This document shows, in pieces, positions 13,019 to 25,260 of a stretch of 64,000 nt of DNA. A program made the position numbers and the translations under genes. Source of the stretch: Chrysomallon squamiferum (Eukaryota; Animalia; Mollusca); the NCBI GenBank assembly GCA_012295275.1, contig CM022670.1, positions 7,874,001-7,938,000 of the forward strand, read 5' to 3'. The notes beneath the pieces are model-generated. The model searched no databases and was not told the DNA's origin. It worked only from the letters and a program-made list of their open reading frames with translations. Each line of letters starts with the position of its first letter. Position 1 is the first letter of the stretch.

Positions 13019-14053
13019 CATTATTTGCAGTTAAATGCGACACTATCGACAACAAGAGTCATTTTTCAAAATTTGCAGTAGGTATAATTTTATTCATTTC
13101 ATACTTGTACCTCATTTATTAAACAGACTAATAATATATTGTTCTCGTCTTTATATTCATGCATACATAGGTACACATATACACATATATTAATTTTATT
13201 CCAGTGTGAAAAAGCCGCCAAGAGTAACGATTTCAAGACGTACCAACAATTTTGCCAGTCGCCATGCCAGAAGGAACTAGAAAAGAATTTCGCTAAGAGC
13301 AATGATTTACTCTACAATGACAAGTACAAGTTTATTTTCTGTCCCATTGCCAAATCCGGGGTGACAAACTGGAGACGAATTCTCTTAGTGCTCGATGGAC
13401 GTTTCAACATTACTGATCCTCTTCAAATCAGTCTCTCTCAAGTATACTCGAGAAATTTATATCAGAAGCTGCCGTTCCTGCACAAACTGTCGAAGGAGGA
13501 GAAAGATTATAGACTCAAACATTACTACAAATTCGTGTTCGTCAGAGACCCTCTGGTGAGACTTTTGTCAACATACAAAGACAAATTCACCAGCAATAAC
13601 CGGTTCGCCTGGTCCGGCGTGGGAAAACACATAATACAAAACTACAGAATTAACGCAAACAAAACGTCTTTGAAATCAGGGCTGGGAGTCACGTTTGGCG
13701 AATTCGTCCATTACGTCACCGACACTTCGTTCTATTCGTACGACCCTCACTGGCAGGTAATGTCCATGATGTGTTTTCCTTGTTCCGTTAAATACGACTT
13801 CGTGGGTAACGTCGAAAACGCGGACGCGGACGCTCAGCACGTTTTTAATCGTCTTGGAGTTTCCCATCTAGTGAAGTATCCAAAAAGAAGTTTGGATCAT
13901 CACTATAATGAAACTATGACTTTGTTAGAAAAGTTTTTCAAGGAAATACCTTTAATTCATTTAAAGAAACTAAAAACAATTTATCATTTGGACTACTTGC
14001 TGTTTAACTTGACCATGCCGCCAGTTTTATCAGAACTATTACAAAATGTATGA
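12565..14053 (+). CDS. Carbohydrate sulfotransferase, CHST8-14/HNK-1ST family, CHST11-like, divergent paralogue B, 339 aa
   Basis: Exons 12565..12688, 13031..13077 and 13205..14053 (1020 nt, GT-AG). First and last exons have the same lengths (124 and 849 nt) as in copy A. Signal anchor present; motifs CPIAKSGVTNW, FVRDPLVRLLS, HWQ and CFPC..YDFVG..E. Confidence 0.9.
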
Positions 14054-14445
14054 AAATGTCTCCATACTCTGTCACGGATGATTATATTGCATCACCCATC
14101 TTACATTAAAATTAAAAACAACTACAACAACAGTAGGGATATTACTATTATTAGTAGAGTAGGAGTAGTAATAGTAGTTGTAGTTGTAGTAGCAGTAATG
14201 ATGATGATGATGATTTGGTTTAAAACTGTCTGAAAACTGTTATCTAAATTCGGAACATTTTGAAGTTAATAATTAAAATTAATTTAGATTAATCTAGTGG
14301 TAAATTTGTTTCAATGTGTGTACGCACTAAAGTAAAGGAATGAGATAATTTTTACTACACTTCTGTCATAAACCATACACTTCACATGCTTACTACAATC
14401 ACACAGTTATTTAATAAATAAAGAACGAGGTACAGAGATCATAAT

Positions 14446-17145
14446 TTACCCTTTGACATGCATTTTATTTTGAAATATTTCAGAAGTTTTTAAATATTTA
14501 TCACAGAAAAATCTTTGCCCAGACGGATCCTGGAGATCTTTGCCGGCTTTGAAAGGATGTAAATAATGATGAGAAGTGTCAAAATATTTCCAAACCGACT
14601 TTCTAGCTTCCCGCCACAGACTCTTCCCTCGTAGATTTACCACGTGATCAAGACTGTCCAATCCGGCGTGGATGCAGGTGACCGTTAGGGCTAACAAGAC
14701 GTTGTTTTTTCTGAATATTTTCGCCAGATGAACAAAATCTTTGCCAAATCTCGCTGGAAGATAAAATATGTCCACTGATCTATGAATAACTTTTTCTATT
14801 CAAATATTGTGTTTGTACACTTCTAGAAATTTCTTTATTATCTTGTCGTCAGGGTTGTTTTTGAAATCTGTGTGATTTCGTCCAGCGCGCGATTGACGGC
14901 GATTCTTCCCTGCGGTTTGTTCCAGTAATACCAGAATCTGTGTTTCTCTTCACCACGTCCGACTTTTGTGAACGGATGTTGCAGCCATATTTGATCACGT
15001 GGTAAATCAACAATGTTCCACGTGTTGAGGAGAATGTCGTCACCGATGTGTAGGAAGCCTTTGACATTGATATTCATACTAGCTGCGTGAATCATGCACG
15101 TGTACAAGTAAAACCACTGATCGACGTCCAAACCTTCCACAAATATAATGTGTTCTATTTTAAATTCTTTCAGAATCGCTTCGAAAGAGGCCAGCTTTGG
15201 CCCGCAGTACAAAATATGTCTAAAATACGGCCTGTGGATGAACTCGATGTAAGGAATATTTTTGTACAAAAAATTTTAATTGAAAATGACGAGTAATAAT
15301 ATGTCTTTGATAATGGGAGATAACTATTGACTTACTGAAGTTCTGTGTTGTGGACATAGCTTTTCCATCGGTTTAAAAATATACGACGTCAGAGCAGATG
15401 TTTTCGACTCTTTGTCGCCAAGGTGTATATTAGATGCTAAAGATTTCGGAGGTGAATATATTGCGAGTGGATTCTAATATGATACAAGTTTTTTTCGATA
15501 CGGTTCTGAATATCCCAACATCTTCAAATCATTTATCCACGAGTCATAAATTTTAACGTCGTTTTTATTTATGAATCTTTCAACAGTTTTTTTGTTGTAC
15601 AAAACCCGAGCACATTTAAACAATGACAAATGTAATGAACAGTTCCAGTTACTTAGTAGCTGTACAAGCTTCTCTGTTGTCGTGTCAACTAACTCTGCTT
15701 TTAATAGTAATGCTTTCTTTTTGGTAAAACTGCCTATGGAGTGTGCGGTAGAAGACAGGAAACCTGAAGTTCCACCCGATTCCTGAACAAGACGTTGTGC
15801 CCAGTATCCACGAACTAAATCACACTGCGCATGCTCGCATTTAGTCGGGAGAACAAGAAGCCAAAGAGCTTCGTATAAAAACAAAGTACTGAGAGAGTTG
15901 ATTGGAGCAAAGTGATCACGTGATAGAAAAATGGGCGGAGCTGATCTGTCGAAAGAAATATTTTTCACTGCTGATAATAAGGGTGATGAGCTACTGTTTT
16001 TGTGAAGGATGAAGTTTATCTGTGACTGTTGAATAAGAGGTGTGGGAATGTCAACAATACGATATTTATCTTCAGCTTTCCATATAGTGGTCGGAAATCC
16101 ACGAGGAAATAACATGGGATAACCAAAATGGCGGAATGGGTTGAATAGCCGACTGCCACTGAAGAGAAGACCGGTGGAGTTGGTAGAAAATATGAAATCT
16201 AATTTACTGAAACTGGGAATAATATTGCATTCCGTGTCCAATAGGAACTTCGCTCCTTTGGAAACAGCTTACAGATAACCAAACATTTTTCTGCTTTCCG
16301 AATAACGCGGGATTATGTGTGTCAGCGAAAACCCAATTCTTCCTGCATTTCATGAGTTAAAAATGTGCACTCAGAAAACCTAGAAGATAGAAAAATTAAA
16401 TGAAATAATATAAATAAATAATAACAGAACTACTAGTACTGTTGCTGCTGCTGTTTCTGTCACTACTACAACTAGTACTACTACCAACAATAATAATAAT
16501 TTAAAAAAAAAAAAAATGTACAGTCATTAAACCTTTACTTTAAATATTAACACAAATTATTTCAGTATTTAACACTTCTTAATTTATATTTAAATGCTGA
16601 AAACGCTGTATTTCTGAATAATCCTGCTGTTATGACCATCAGATCTCGGATCAGTTAATACAGATATCCTTGAATTACGCTAATTTATATATATTTATTT
16701 TAACTCTTGTGTACATGCATGTTGAACTGAGGTTTGAAAGAATTTGTCAACTTAAAGATTTTAATGAAAAGTGAAAATTTAGATTTATCCGCAGCCAGTC
16801 GGGCGTTCACTTCCTCCCACTACCACCGTCCTCCACCCTGGAACTCGTGTGAAGTGAGAAACGTCACACACACCCGAGTTTGGCGGCACCCACACAACAA
16901 TCCAGCGATCAGTTAAAGACTTCCTGAAATTCAAAATTCAAACTGATTTTGAAACAACAACAGCGACAACAGCCGTTCCAATGTTTCTTTCGTTTAGCAG
17001 CTTAATGCAGAACATTTTTCAAACAAAAATTTAGTAAGCAATGATCGCAGTTTCCTTTAACAAATATAGCTACAAAAATCTTGAAGAATTAACTTTAATT
17101 GGCTGTAAATTAAAATATGACAACAACAGCAACAACAGTAAATAA

Positions 17146-17183
<38 letters not shown>

Positions 17184-17373
17184 TTAAAAAGTGCAGGTGC
17201 CATAATACATACCTTGGGTTACTGTCTTCGTAGTTAACAGAACCTGATACATCAGAATGTCTGAGTTCCAGTTTTTCCTTTTCAAGATGAGATTTTCTTT
17301 TAGACGTGCAGAGCCAGTTTTGTAGCAAAAACAAAACCGTGCTAACAATAAGAACAATCCATATCGTCTTCAT
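14446..17373 (-). pseudogene. STELLO-like (DUF288) putative glycosyltransferase pseudogene
   Basis: Exons 17373..17213 (signal anchor), 16923..16789 (DRWIVV..PGWRTVVVG) and 16379..14446 (RKMFGYL, FNPFRHFG, PRGFP, DLVRGYWAQRL, GFLHIGDDILLN, DIFYLP, HPFK). Lesions: exon 2 donor is AT instead of GT (16787-16788), frameshifts at ~16328 and ~14860, and in-frame stops at 16269, 15474, 15324, 15276 and 14800. Confidence 0.85.
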
Positions 17374-18437
17374 AGCTGTAATACCAACATACCCAACTAA
17401 AATACTACATTTATGAAATGAAAAAGAAGCTTTACATTTAACATAGCTATTACATCATTATTTGAAATAATTCATCTTTACGTTGACTTTATAATGAAGT
17501 GAGTGTTATTCAAGAGAAGTTTTTTTTAAAATTTATATCCAAGTTGATTGAAAGAAAATACCTGTAATAAAGAAATTATAATACCAATGTAAAAAATATT
17601 GTCATCTTGCACAGAAATGCTTATTAGACATCATAAAAAAAAATTTAATTATATTATGCAGACTTTGTCTAAATAGATTTCTGTGAAGAGTTTAACTAAC
17701 GCAAGAGTAACTGTGGCCCACCACTGGTCACTATATTTTTACTGCAATAAACATCTTAATATAAATTTTAAAAATAGTAATTTGTATACAAAACATGGTA
17801 TTAATTATGTTTTTGAGTCTTTGTTCAAATCCAGCCAATGAAACATTTGTAATTCCTAAATGACAGTCACCGTTCAAGTTTTTACCTTCAGATATACATA
17901 CTAATGTAACCTAGTATTCTGGTATGTTTAAAATATGACATTATCATTTCATGTCTTCAGTTCCACAATTTGAAACTAATGTTTATTAAATACTGCAACT
18001 TGATAAAGAAAATTATTCTAATTATTAAAAAATAATAATAATAATAATAATAATATAAAATAAATTAAAAAATAAAATTAAAATTAAAATAAATAAGAAA
18101 AAAAATAAATATAAAACAAAATAAAATAAAATAAATAAATCTATAATTCTTACATTTCGGAAGCATCATGTGAGCACTTGGGTTCAACAAGTTCTGTTTT
18201 TTTTTTTTTTATCTCAAGACTTTTGACCAAAGAAAACACTCAGCACGTGTCTGTGTCAGGTGAGACTTGTCTGCAAGGAGAAGCTTGCACATCACACAGA
18301 CATCTGTTACTAGTCACCATCTTAGAGAATTTTCTCCAAGTTTTGATTTTACTGATACCATCTGAAACAAGTATTGTCTCTGTAATAGTTTGAAATCTTT
18401 CTCCTGTTTCTATGTCTCGGTTGTTTCTATATCCATC

Positions 18438-18710
18438 AGGTGACTACAAATACATCACAGTGAAACACATCTGAAATTGCAGACTTATTAAATCAAACAA
18501 GTTGAAATACATCTAAATTAGAGTGATCAAACCTGTCTCCAAGTCTGCTGTGTATGCTGGATCTGTGTCCACATATTAATACTGTAACAAGACTATTCCC
18601 AATGAGGTTTGATTATTCAAGAAATGACAACAAAGGTTAAAATTTCATTAAAAAAAAAATCTCAAGCAGATATTTAATATGTGCATTTCAGATGAATGAG
18701 AAAAATATCA
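18438..18710. repeat. Inverted copy of 48273..48455 joined to an inverted copy of ~47695..47765
   Basis: About 180 bp of near-identical reverse-complement match (GTGACTACAAATA...GATTATTCAAG), followed by a weaker match to 47.7 kb. Confidence 0.8.
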
Positions 18711-19561
18711 AAATGAAAACAAAAAAAATAAAGAAAATTCATAAAATTGAATTATGTGAACAAAAGTCTTCAACACGGGTTCTAGCAGCCAACATGCCAA
18801 AAATAAATTATTTATTTAAATATTAAATAAATAAATAAATTTTATTAGTTTAAAAACTGTATGAAATATCATGTTCTAAGATGTGTTCTAAGTGCAAAAT
18901 GCTGATTTCTTTCACATTTCTCTTGTCAAAAAAAATAAATAAATAAATAAACAGTAATAAAAAATAAAATAAAATCTTTTGAAGATTTTTGGTTTTTAAA
19001 AATAACTACCAAAAATGAATGATCTAAATTCTTTATTAACTAAAAATGCTTTAGTCCTAGTTATTCAAATCAATTTGCAATAAATTTTCAAACAAAATTT
19101 GACAAAAATGGAATGATATAATAATAATAATAATAATAATAATGCATTTTTGAAAAGAAATAAAAATTAAAGTAAATGAAATTGAAATGACGGCAGTAAA
19201 TAAAGGTAAGATAACGAACCGTATTCTACAGTATATTTTTGCATTACAATGCATGCGACAAACAAAAAAATGATAATAATAATAATAATAAATGACTTAG
19301 CACTACAAAGATTACAGGCATTCTATTTCTTATATATATATTTTTCTTATTATTATTATTATTATTATTATTCGTGGTATTAACGCCTACTGGTTATTAC
19401 CCATTAATGTTGAGTGAAAAGGGAAAACAATAGCAAATGTCTGGTTATAGAGTTATCTCCTATGATAACTTGTTCCACATGAAATCATAACTCTGAAAGT
19501 TTGCTAGGAAATGTTCCCTGCCCTGGCTTCACATCAGCGTTAATGAATTATGCACCTACAT

Positions 19562-19677
19562 CAGGGGTCGGCAACCTTTTGGAGACGGGGCCAGACAGTA
19601 TGCAGTGTTTTGGGGGAGGATCAAGATACCAAATGTATCACGCACGCACGTTCTCACTCTCTTTTTTTTTTTATATA

Positions 19678-19754
<77 letters not shown>

Positions 19755-19910
19755 TGTCTTTAGTACTTAGCACCAAAAAGGGGTGTTGGAAAGTAAGGCT
19801 GCTTTGATCTGGAGGTTTAAAGAAAAAACAACGAAGTTAATGGAATAACTTGTGCAAGTAAACAGTTGGCGGACCGGATGTGGCCCGAGGGCCCAGGGTT
19901 GCGACCCCTG
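19562..19910. mobile_element. hAT-superfamily (Charlie/Buster-like) MITE, 349 bp, with 8-bp TSD
   Basis: TIRs CAGGGGTCGGCAACC / GGTTGCGACCCCTG. Perfect 8-bp TSD ACCTACAT at 19554-19561 and 19911-19918 with central TA. Subterminal GGCCCG motifs and an internal (CT)n. Confidence 0.9.
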
Positions 19911-19924
19911 ACCTACATTATGAT

Positions 19925-20972
19925 TATTGACCGAAAATATTTCCGCAATATTAACAACAGCAACAACGAATTGAAGTAGTGTTCACAATAAACAGAAACC
20001 AATATTAGTGATGAAAACGTTATCCAACCCCCTAAAAAAAGAGATCCTTTATCAATGAGGATCGATGAAACAAAAATACGTGTTATCGTGACTGAAAATA
20101 AATAGGATGTAAATGATTTACTTTTTGTACATTTAGTAAATTATCGAATGAAATTATCCATTCAAAGACTGAAAGTGAAAGAGGCGATGAGAAAAACTAA
20201 ATTAGCATGAAAAATGTGTTCATCATTAAATATCTACGTTACTAAATGTCAACATTTAGAGACAGCCTGAAATTAGAAACCATACTATTTATATATATGA
20301 GTAATATATACAAAATTAATTAACGAAGTTGTATGTGTAAATATACATGTATAATTCATGTTTCAAATTTCCCTTGAAAGAATACCTATAAAAATATATG
20401 TTGTGGAATGAATGTGACTCGGTGACTTAATTTCTAGATGACAGAAAATCAAAATGTTAATCATTTAATCGTGTTATCAAAGATCAAAGAAATACTAAAA
20501 ATAAATTTGAATTGTAACTCCTAATAATAATATTCAATTCATTTACTTTAACAGATTATGATCATGATAATTGTTATATAGTTCACTGCATGATTACAGT
20601 CATAACTTAATTAAAATAAAATCATTTATTAAATGAAATAAAATAATAGTTAAAACTAAATTAAGTAAAATAAAATATTAAAAAAAAAGAGGAAAGCAAT
20701 TGTTTTTGTCAACCTAAACTTTAAAATATATATATATATATATTATTATACTGAAAATGTATTAATAATAATAATAATAAATTGTTTATATATATATGTA
20801 TATACATATATAAATGTCAGAAAGTACATCTGACTCAAATGTAGAAATTTTGCTTAAGAAGGTTGCAAACAATATCCTTAAAGATTTTATAAATTATATT
20901 TCCAAATCAACCGATAAATTCTAAGTTTCATTTTTTCTAAGGTGAGACCTATAATTTGACTTAAAGAAGAAA
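19925..20972 (+). pseudogene. Decayed inverted relic of the GCNA 5' region including the first coding exon
   Basis: 20814..20870 encodes MSESTSDSNVEILLKKVAN vs MSESTSDSDVEILLKKIAN at complement 37835..37891. Flanks match the reverse complement of ~37530-37620, 38180-38425, 38910-39050 and 39110-39235 in colinear order. The splice donor is deleted. Confidence 0.8.
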
Positions 20973-22653
20973 TTTTAAACTGTCTCCATTGTTTTACAAA
21001 TTCAAATGCAATTTTATATCTCAAGAATCTCTTTTTATGTTAACTTTAATTTTCTTTTTATTTTCTTTTATGAAAAACAAATAAAATGTTCAGTAACAGA
21101 TACTAGAATGTTAGTTTTAAACTCGAGTTATGACAAATAATATTTTATTTACAGTAATCAATGATACAGAAATTTGTACAATATTAGTAGTATTAATAGT
21201 GTTATGATGCATAATAATATTAATAACATTACATTTACATGCAATATGCAAATATAAATAATGTTATGTTATATATTCTGTGATTCATAGTAATATTAAT
21301 AATATTGTATTATATAATAATATTACCAATGTTATTTGCCTAGTAATGTTAATGTTGTGCTATGCAGTCATATTAATAAAATTATATAACTTATAATACA
21401 TTAGTAATGTTATGTTATATAGTAACATTAGTCAGGCTATATTGTAATATTATGTTATAAGGTAATCTTAGTTATGTTATATAATAATAGTAAATGTGTT
21501 ATGTTACATAGTAATGTTGTTACAGTATTATAAAATTGTTATATTACTTAGTAAGAGTATTGCTATGTATATAATAGTGGTAATGCTTAATTTCACTGTA
21601 ATGTTACTATTGTTATATAATAATAATACACTGATATTTTATTACAGAATGAAGTAATAGTAATAATATTACCTTACAAAGTAATATGAGTCATGTAAAA
21701 TCATCTTATATAGTAATAAAACTAATGTTATATATTGTAAATATTATTACTAATATTATATAATAAAAATAATAATGGTATTATTTTGTAAAGTACGATG
21801 AATAATGTATATAGTAATAATAATAATAATAATAGATAGATTATTTTTCTCCAGTCATCTCTCTTTCATACACGTACAACACAAGGTATTTTTTCTGTCA
21901 AGACTGTTTAATAAATCACTGAATACCTACTCAATACTACAGGTGTATTCCATTCCATTAGTCACCACAGGTATCTGTGGAAATTAAATTACATGTTCAT
22001 GAAATTATGGATTGTTACAGAAGCTGATGAAGTTAGAGAAGATAATAAGCAGTACTGGAAAAAAATTGACTAGTGAAGTGAACCTAATGATATCCATGTC
22101 TGTATGTGGTAAACATGTAATCATTATACAACAAAACTCTGATAGCTGAACCATATTGGCTGTACTGATGTATTTCAAATTAGTCATCTTGGATTTGCAT
22201 TAATGATGTTCTTTTTCCAGCACATTCCACTTAGCATACGGTGGTGAACCTTCTTCTAATGACTTGACTTCAAATTTTTGATGAATTATTAATAAATATA
22301 TTGTTTGCTCTGCATGGTAAATTGTGATGTTCATGTTCAGTTATTATTATTATTTTATTTTTTTATTTTATTTTATTTTTTTTTTTTTTGTATTTCAGAT
22401 ATTAAGAGAATACACATATTCCCATATTTAACTTCAGTAAAGTACATCCTTGTTAACTTGTTAAAATTTCTGGACACTTCCAAGTTATTCTATTACCATA
22501 TTTGATCATCAGACAAGATGGTCCCTAGAAATAATTAAAACAATAAGTTGGAAACAAAAGGAAAATTCTGCAGTACATTCACATCATTGTCAAAATTTGC
22601 ATATTTAGTTTAACCAGTATAACTATACATGGTTTCGATAATAAAATATCGTC

Positions 22654-24127
22654 CTACAATCTCTTCAAAAGATTTTCCACAGTTCGTGGTATGGTGAGAT
22701 TAAAAAGCAAGTAATCCAGACTATATACATGTTTTAGTTCGCTTAAATGGGCAAGAGGTATTTTACTGTACATGTCTTCTAGCAGTGTTTCACTTTCTTG
22801 ATTTGTATAATCACTTCTACTTGGATATTTGACTTTGCTGCGTACACCGAGTATTTCGTGCAGGACTCTCTGGGAATCAGAATCGACGTTTTCCACGTGG
22901 CCCACGAAGTCATATTTAATAGAACACGGTTCACACAACAGTGACATCGGCCTCCAGTGTCTGTTTAATTTATAGATAGAAGAATCCGCAACATGCTGGA
23001 CGAATTCCTCAAATCTCACGTTACGGTCTCTTCTGAATGCTTTTCTACTTGGACGTATTCTGTAGGATTTAATTATGTGTCTCTCCACTGACACTCTTCT
23101 TGCAAAATCTTTGTTACGAACTAATTTATCTTGGTAGGCAGAAACGAGTCTTACAAAAGGATCTCTAACAAAGACAAATTTGTAGTAGTGTTTAAGTCTA
23201 TATTCTATCTCGCTTTGAGACAGGGAGCCCAGACGGGACAAAAGCCTGTAGTATTTGGAAAAGACCAATTTCTTGTCAATCCCCATAGGATCGGTGACAT
23301 TCAGCTTTCCTGACAAGACGAGCAAAACGCGTCTCCAGTTAGTGACTCCAGCTTTTGGAACTGTGCAAAACACAAACTTGTATCGGTCGTTGTAAAAGAA
23401 CATGTTTTTCTTCACTATCTGTTTGACGGTCAGTTTTGTGCACGGTGACTGGCAGTAGTGAGATATATTCTGAAAGTAGTCAGATTTAATAGCCGATTCG
23501 CACTGAAATAGAGAAGAATTAATTATTTATATTTCCTAAAATTTAAAAGTTATGATCACAATTGGTTATCAGGATGACTGGAATTTATCTTTTTGTTTGA
23601 ATATTCTGAAGTATAAATTCTTTATATATGAAAATCGTCTCATTAAATTTTTCAGTATGTCACAAAGATATTAATCTTTATATCAGAACAAGAGGACGGT
23701 TAAAACATTTGGAAGTGATTGTTTATCTAAAGGGTTTACCTTCAACAGAAAACTGTTTAGACTATATGTCCGGAAAAAATAAAAGTTCAGATTTGTTTTG
23801 ATGATTTCGGTATAAGTATAAATATGAAATATATGTTTAAACAAAAGATTCACTTCACTTCATACTTCTTTTTTTGTGTCTTCCAGCAGTACCGAGTTAC
23901 GGACCTCCTTGTTTCTGGTGTTTTCTATGTGAAGAAGAAGAAGAAAACATAACGTATATTATTATTTGTAGTCTAGGTATATTTGTATCCATTTTATTTC
24001 ATTTAAACTTCATTTCATCAGTAATTTTTATTTCCAGTTTTATTTTTCCTAAACCAAAGAATAGGTTACCATTTATTAGATTATCTAATTTTCTCTGAGT
24101 AAAAATATATTACTTTTTGTCTCATAC

Positions 24128-24216
<89 letters not shown>

Positions 24217-24376
24217 CCCTGTGATGTACAGACTGTATAAACATAATCTTACCTGTAATGTGTGACTGCAGCACTGTTTTGATGACTGTAAAGTTTGCCC
24301 TGTTGTAAGTGAAAGCTAAGATGATCAGAGACACAACAGTGATTAACACAAACGCCTTGATAGCCAGTTTATTCAT
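22654..24376 (-). CDS. Carbohydrate sulfotransferase, CHST8-14/HNK-1ST family, CHST11-like, copy A2, 343 aa
   Basis: Exons 24376..24253, 23924..23866 and 23502..22654, with the same sizes and splice sites as copy A1. Intact frame and PAPS-binding motifs. Confidence 0.9.
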
Positions 24377-25149
24377 CTCCGATTTTTCCGATTGGTCAAC
24401 GCTGAAAAATATTGAATGAATAAATTTAACAACAGTCAGTATTTCGACTAAACTTTTCTTTACTGTAAAGCTAAATAATTCAAAGCCTTGTCAACTATTT
24501 TAGTCAAATTTACTATCGAAAGATCAACAACGAAATAGAAACAAAATAATAATAATTCAGCAAAAGTGAGTGTAGTGTATATCAACTATATTTGTATTTT
24601 GATATTAATAAATAGTACTTACTGGGACGACATTAAAGCGATAAAACAGTTATCCATGCTTATAAGTTTGATTTTGTTTGATTTGTTATATGAAAGGTAA
24701 AAAAAAAAAAACCACCCCCAAAACCCCAACAAATTCATAATAAATTGTTTCTCTCAATGACCCAAAGATCTGTGCCAGCAGCAGCTTTGGCTTTTGTTAC
24801 AGACACTCAATGGGCTGGACTGGTCAATGGGTACAGACTAGACAGATGTGGACTAAGGGTGAGGCAACCTAACAGAAACCTCAAGTTATAGGCAGGTAGA
24901 CCAATAACTTAGAGATACATTTGTCTGGGTAACTGATCACTACTGCCATCTTGAAAATATGGATATTCCTCTTTTAACTTTTAAAAAAAAAATCAATGTG
25001 AACATTTTCATGCCCAAATCCATTTATCTGATAATTATTTAATTATCTGTAATCATATCGTAGGATTATGCATGTTCTCGCTTTGTAATATGCTGCACTG
25101 CGGATCAGTCTATTAATTAAAGAGCTACAGTAACACAGTCTCAGTTTTA

Positions 25150-25260
25150 AACTCCCACGCATGTTTAATTTTATTATATAACTGTAATACATTCTTTTCT
25201 GTACTGTAATCCTACGGTTTATGAAAATAAAGACAATGTTATTGTCACTGTCATTGTCAT
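25150..25260 (+). mobile_element. Possible 3' tail of a truncated non-LTR retroelement
   Basis: TGTA-rich tract, AATAAA and a (ATTGTC)n-like tail, within a block absent from the paralogous left arm. No coding remnant recognised. Confidence 0.35.

Noticed and set aside
14800-16331. Stop readthrough, RNA editing or an alternative genetic code rescuing the STELLO-like gene
   Set aside because: Stops are of all three types and are accompanied by frameshifts and a lost donor. Neighbouring genes use the standard code, so pseudogenisation is simpler.
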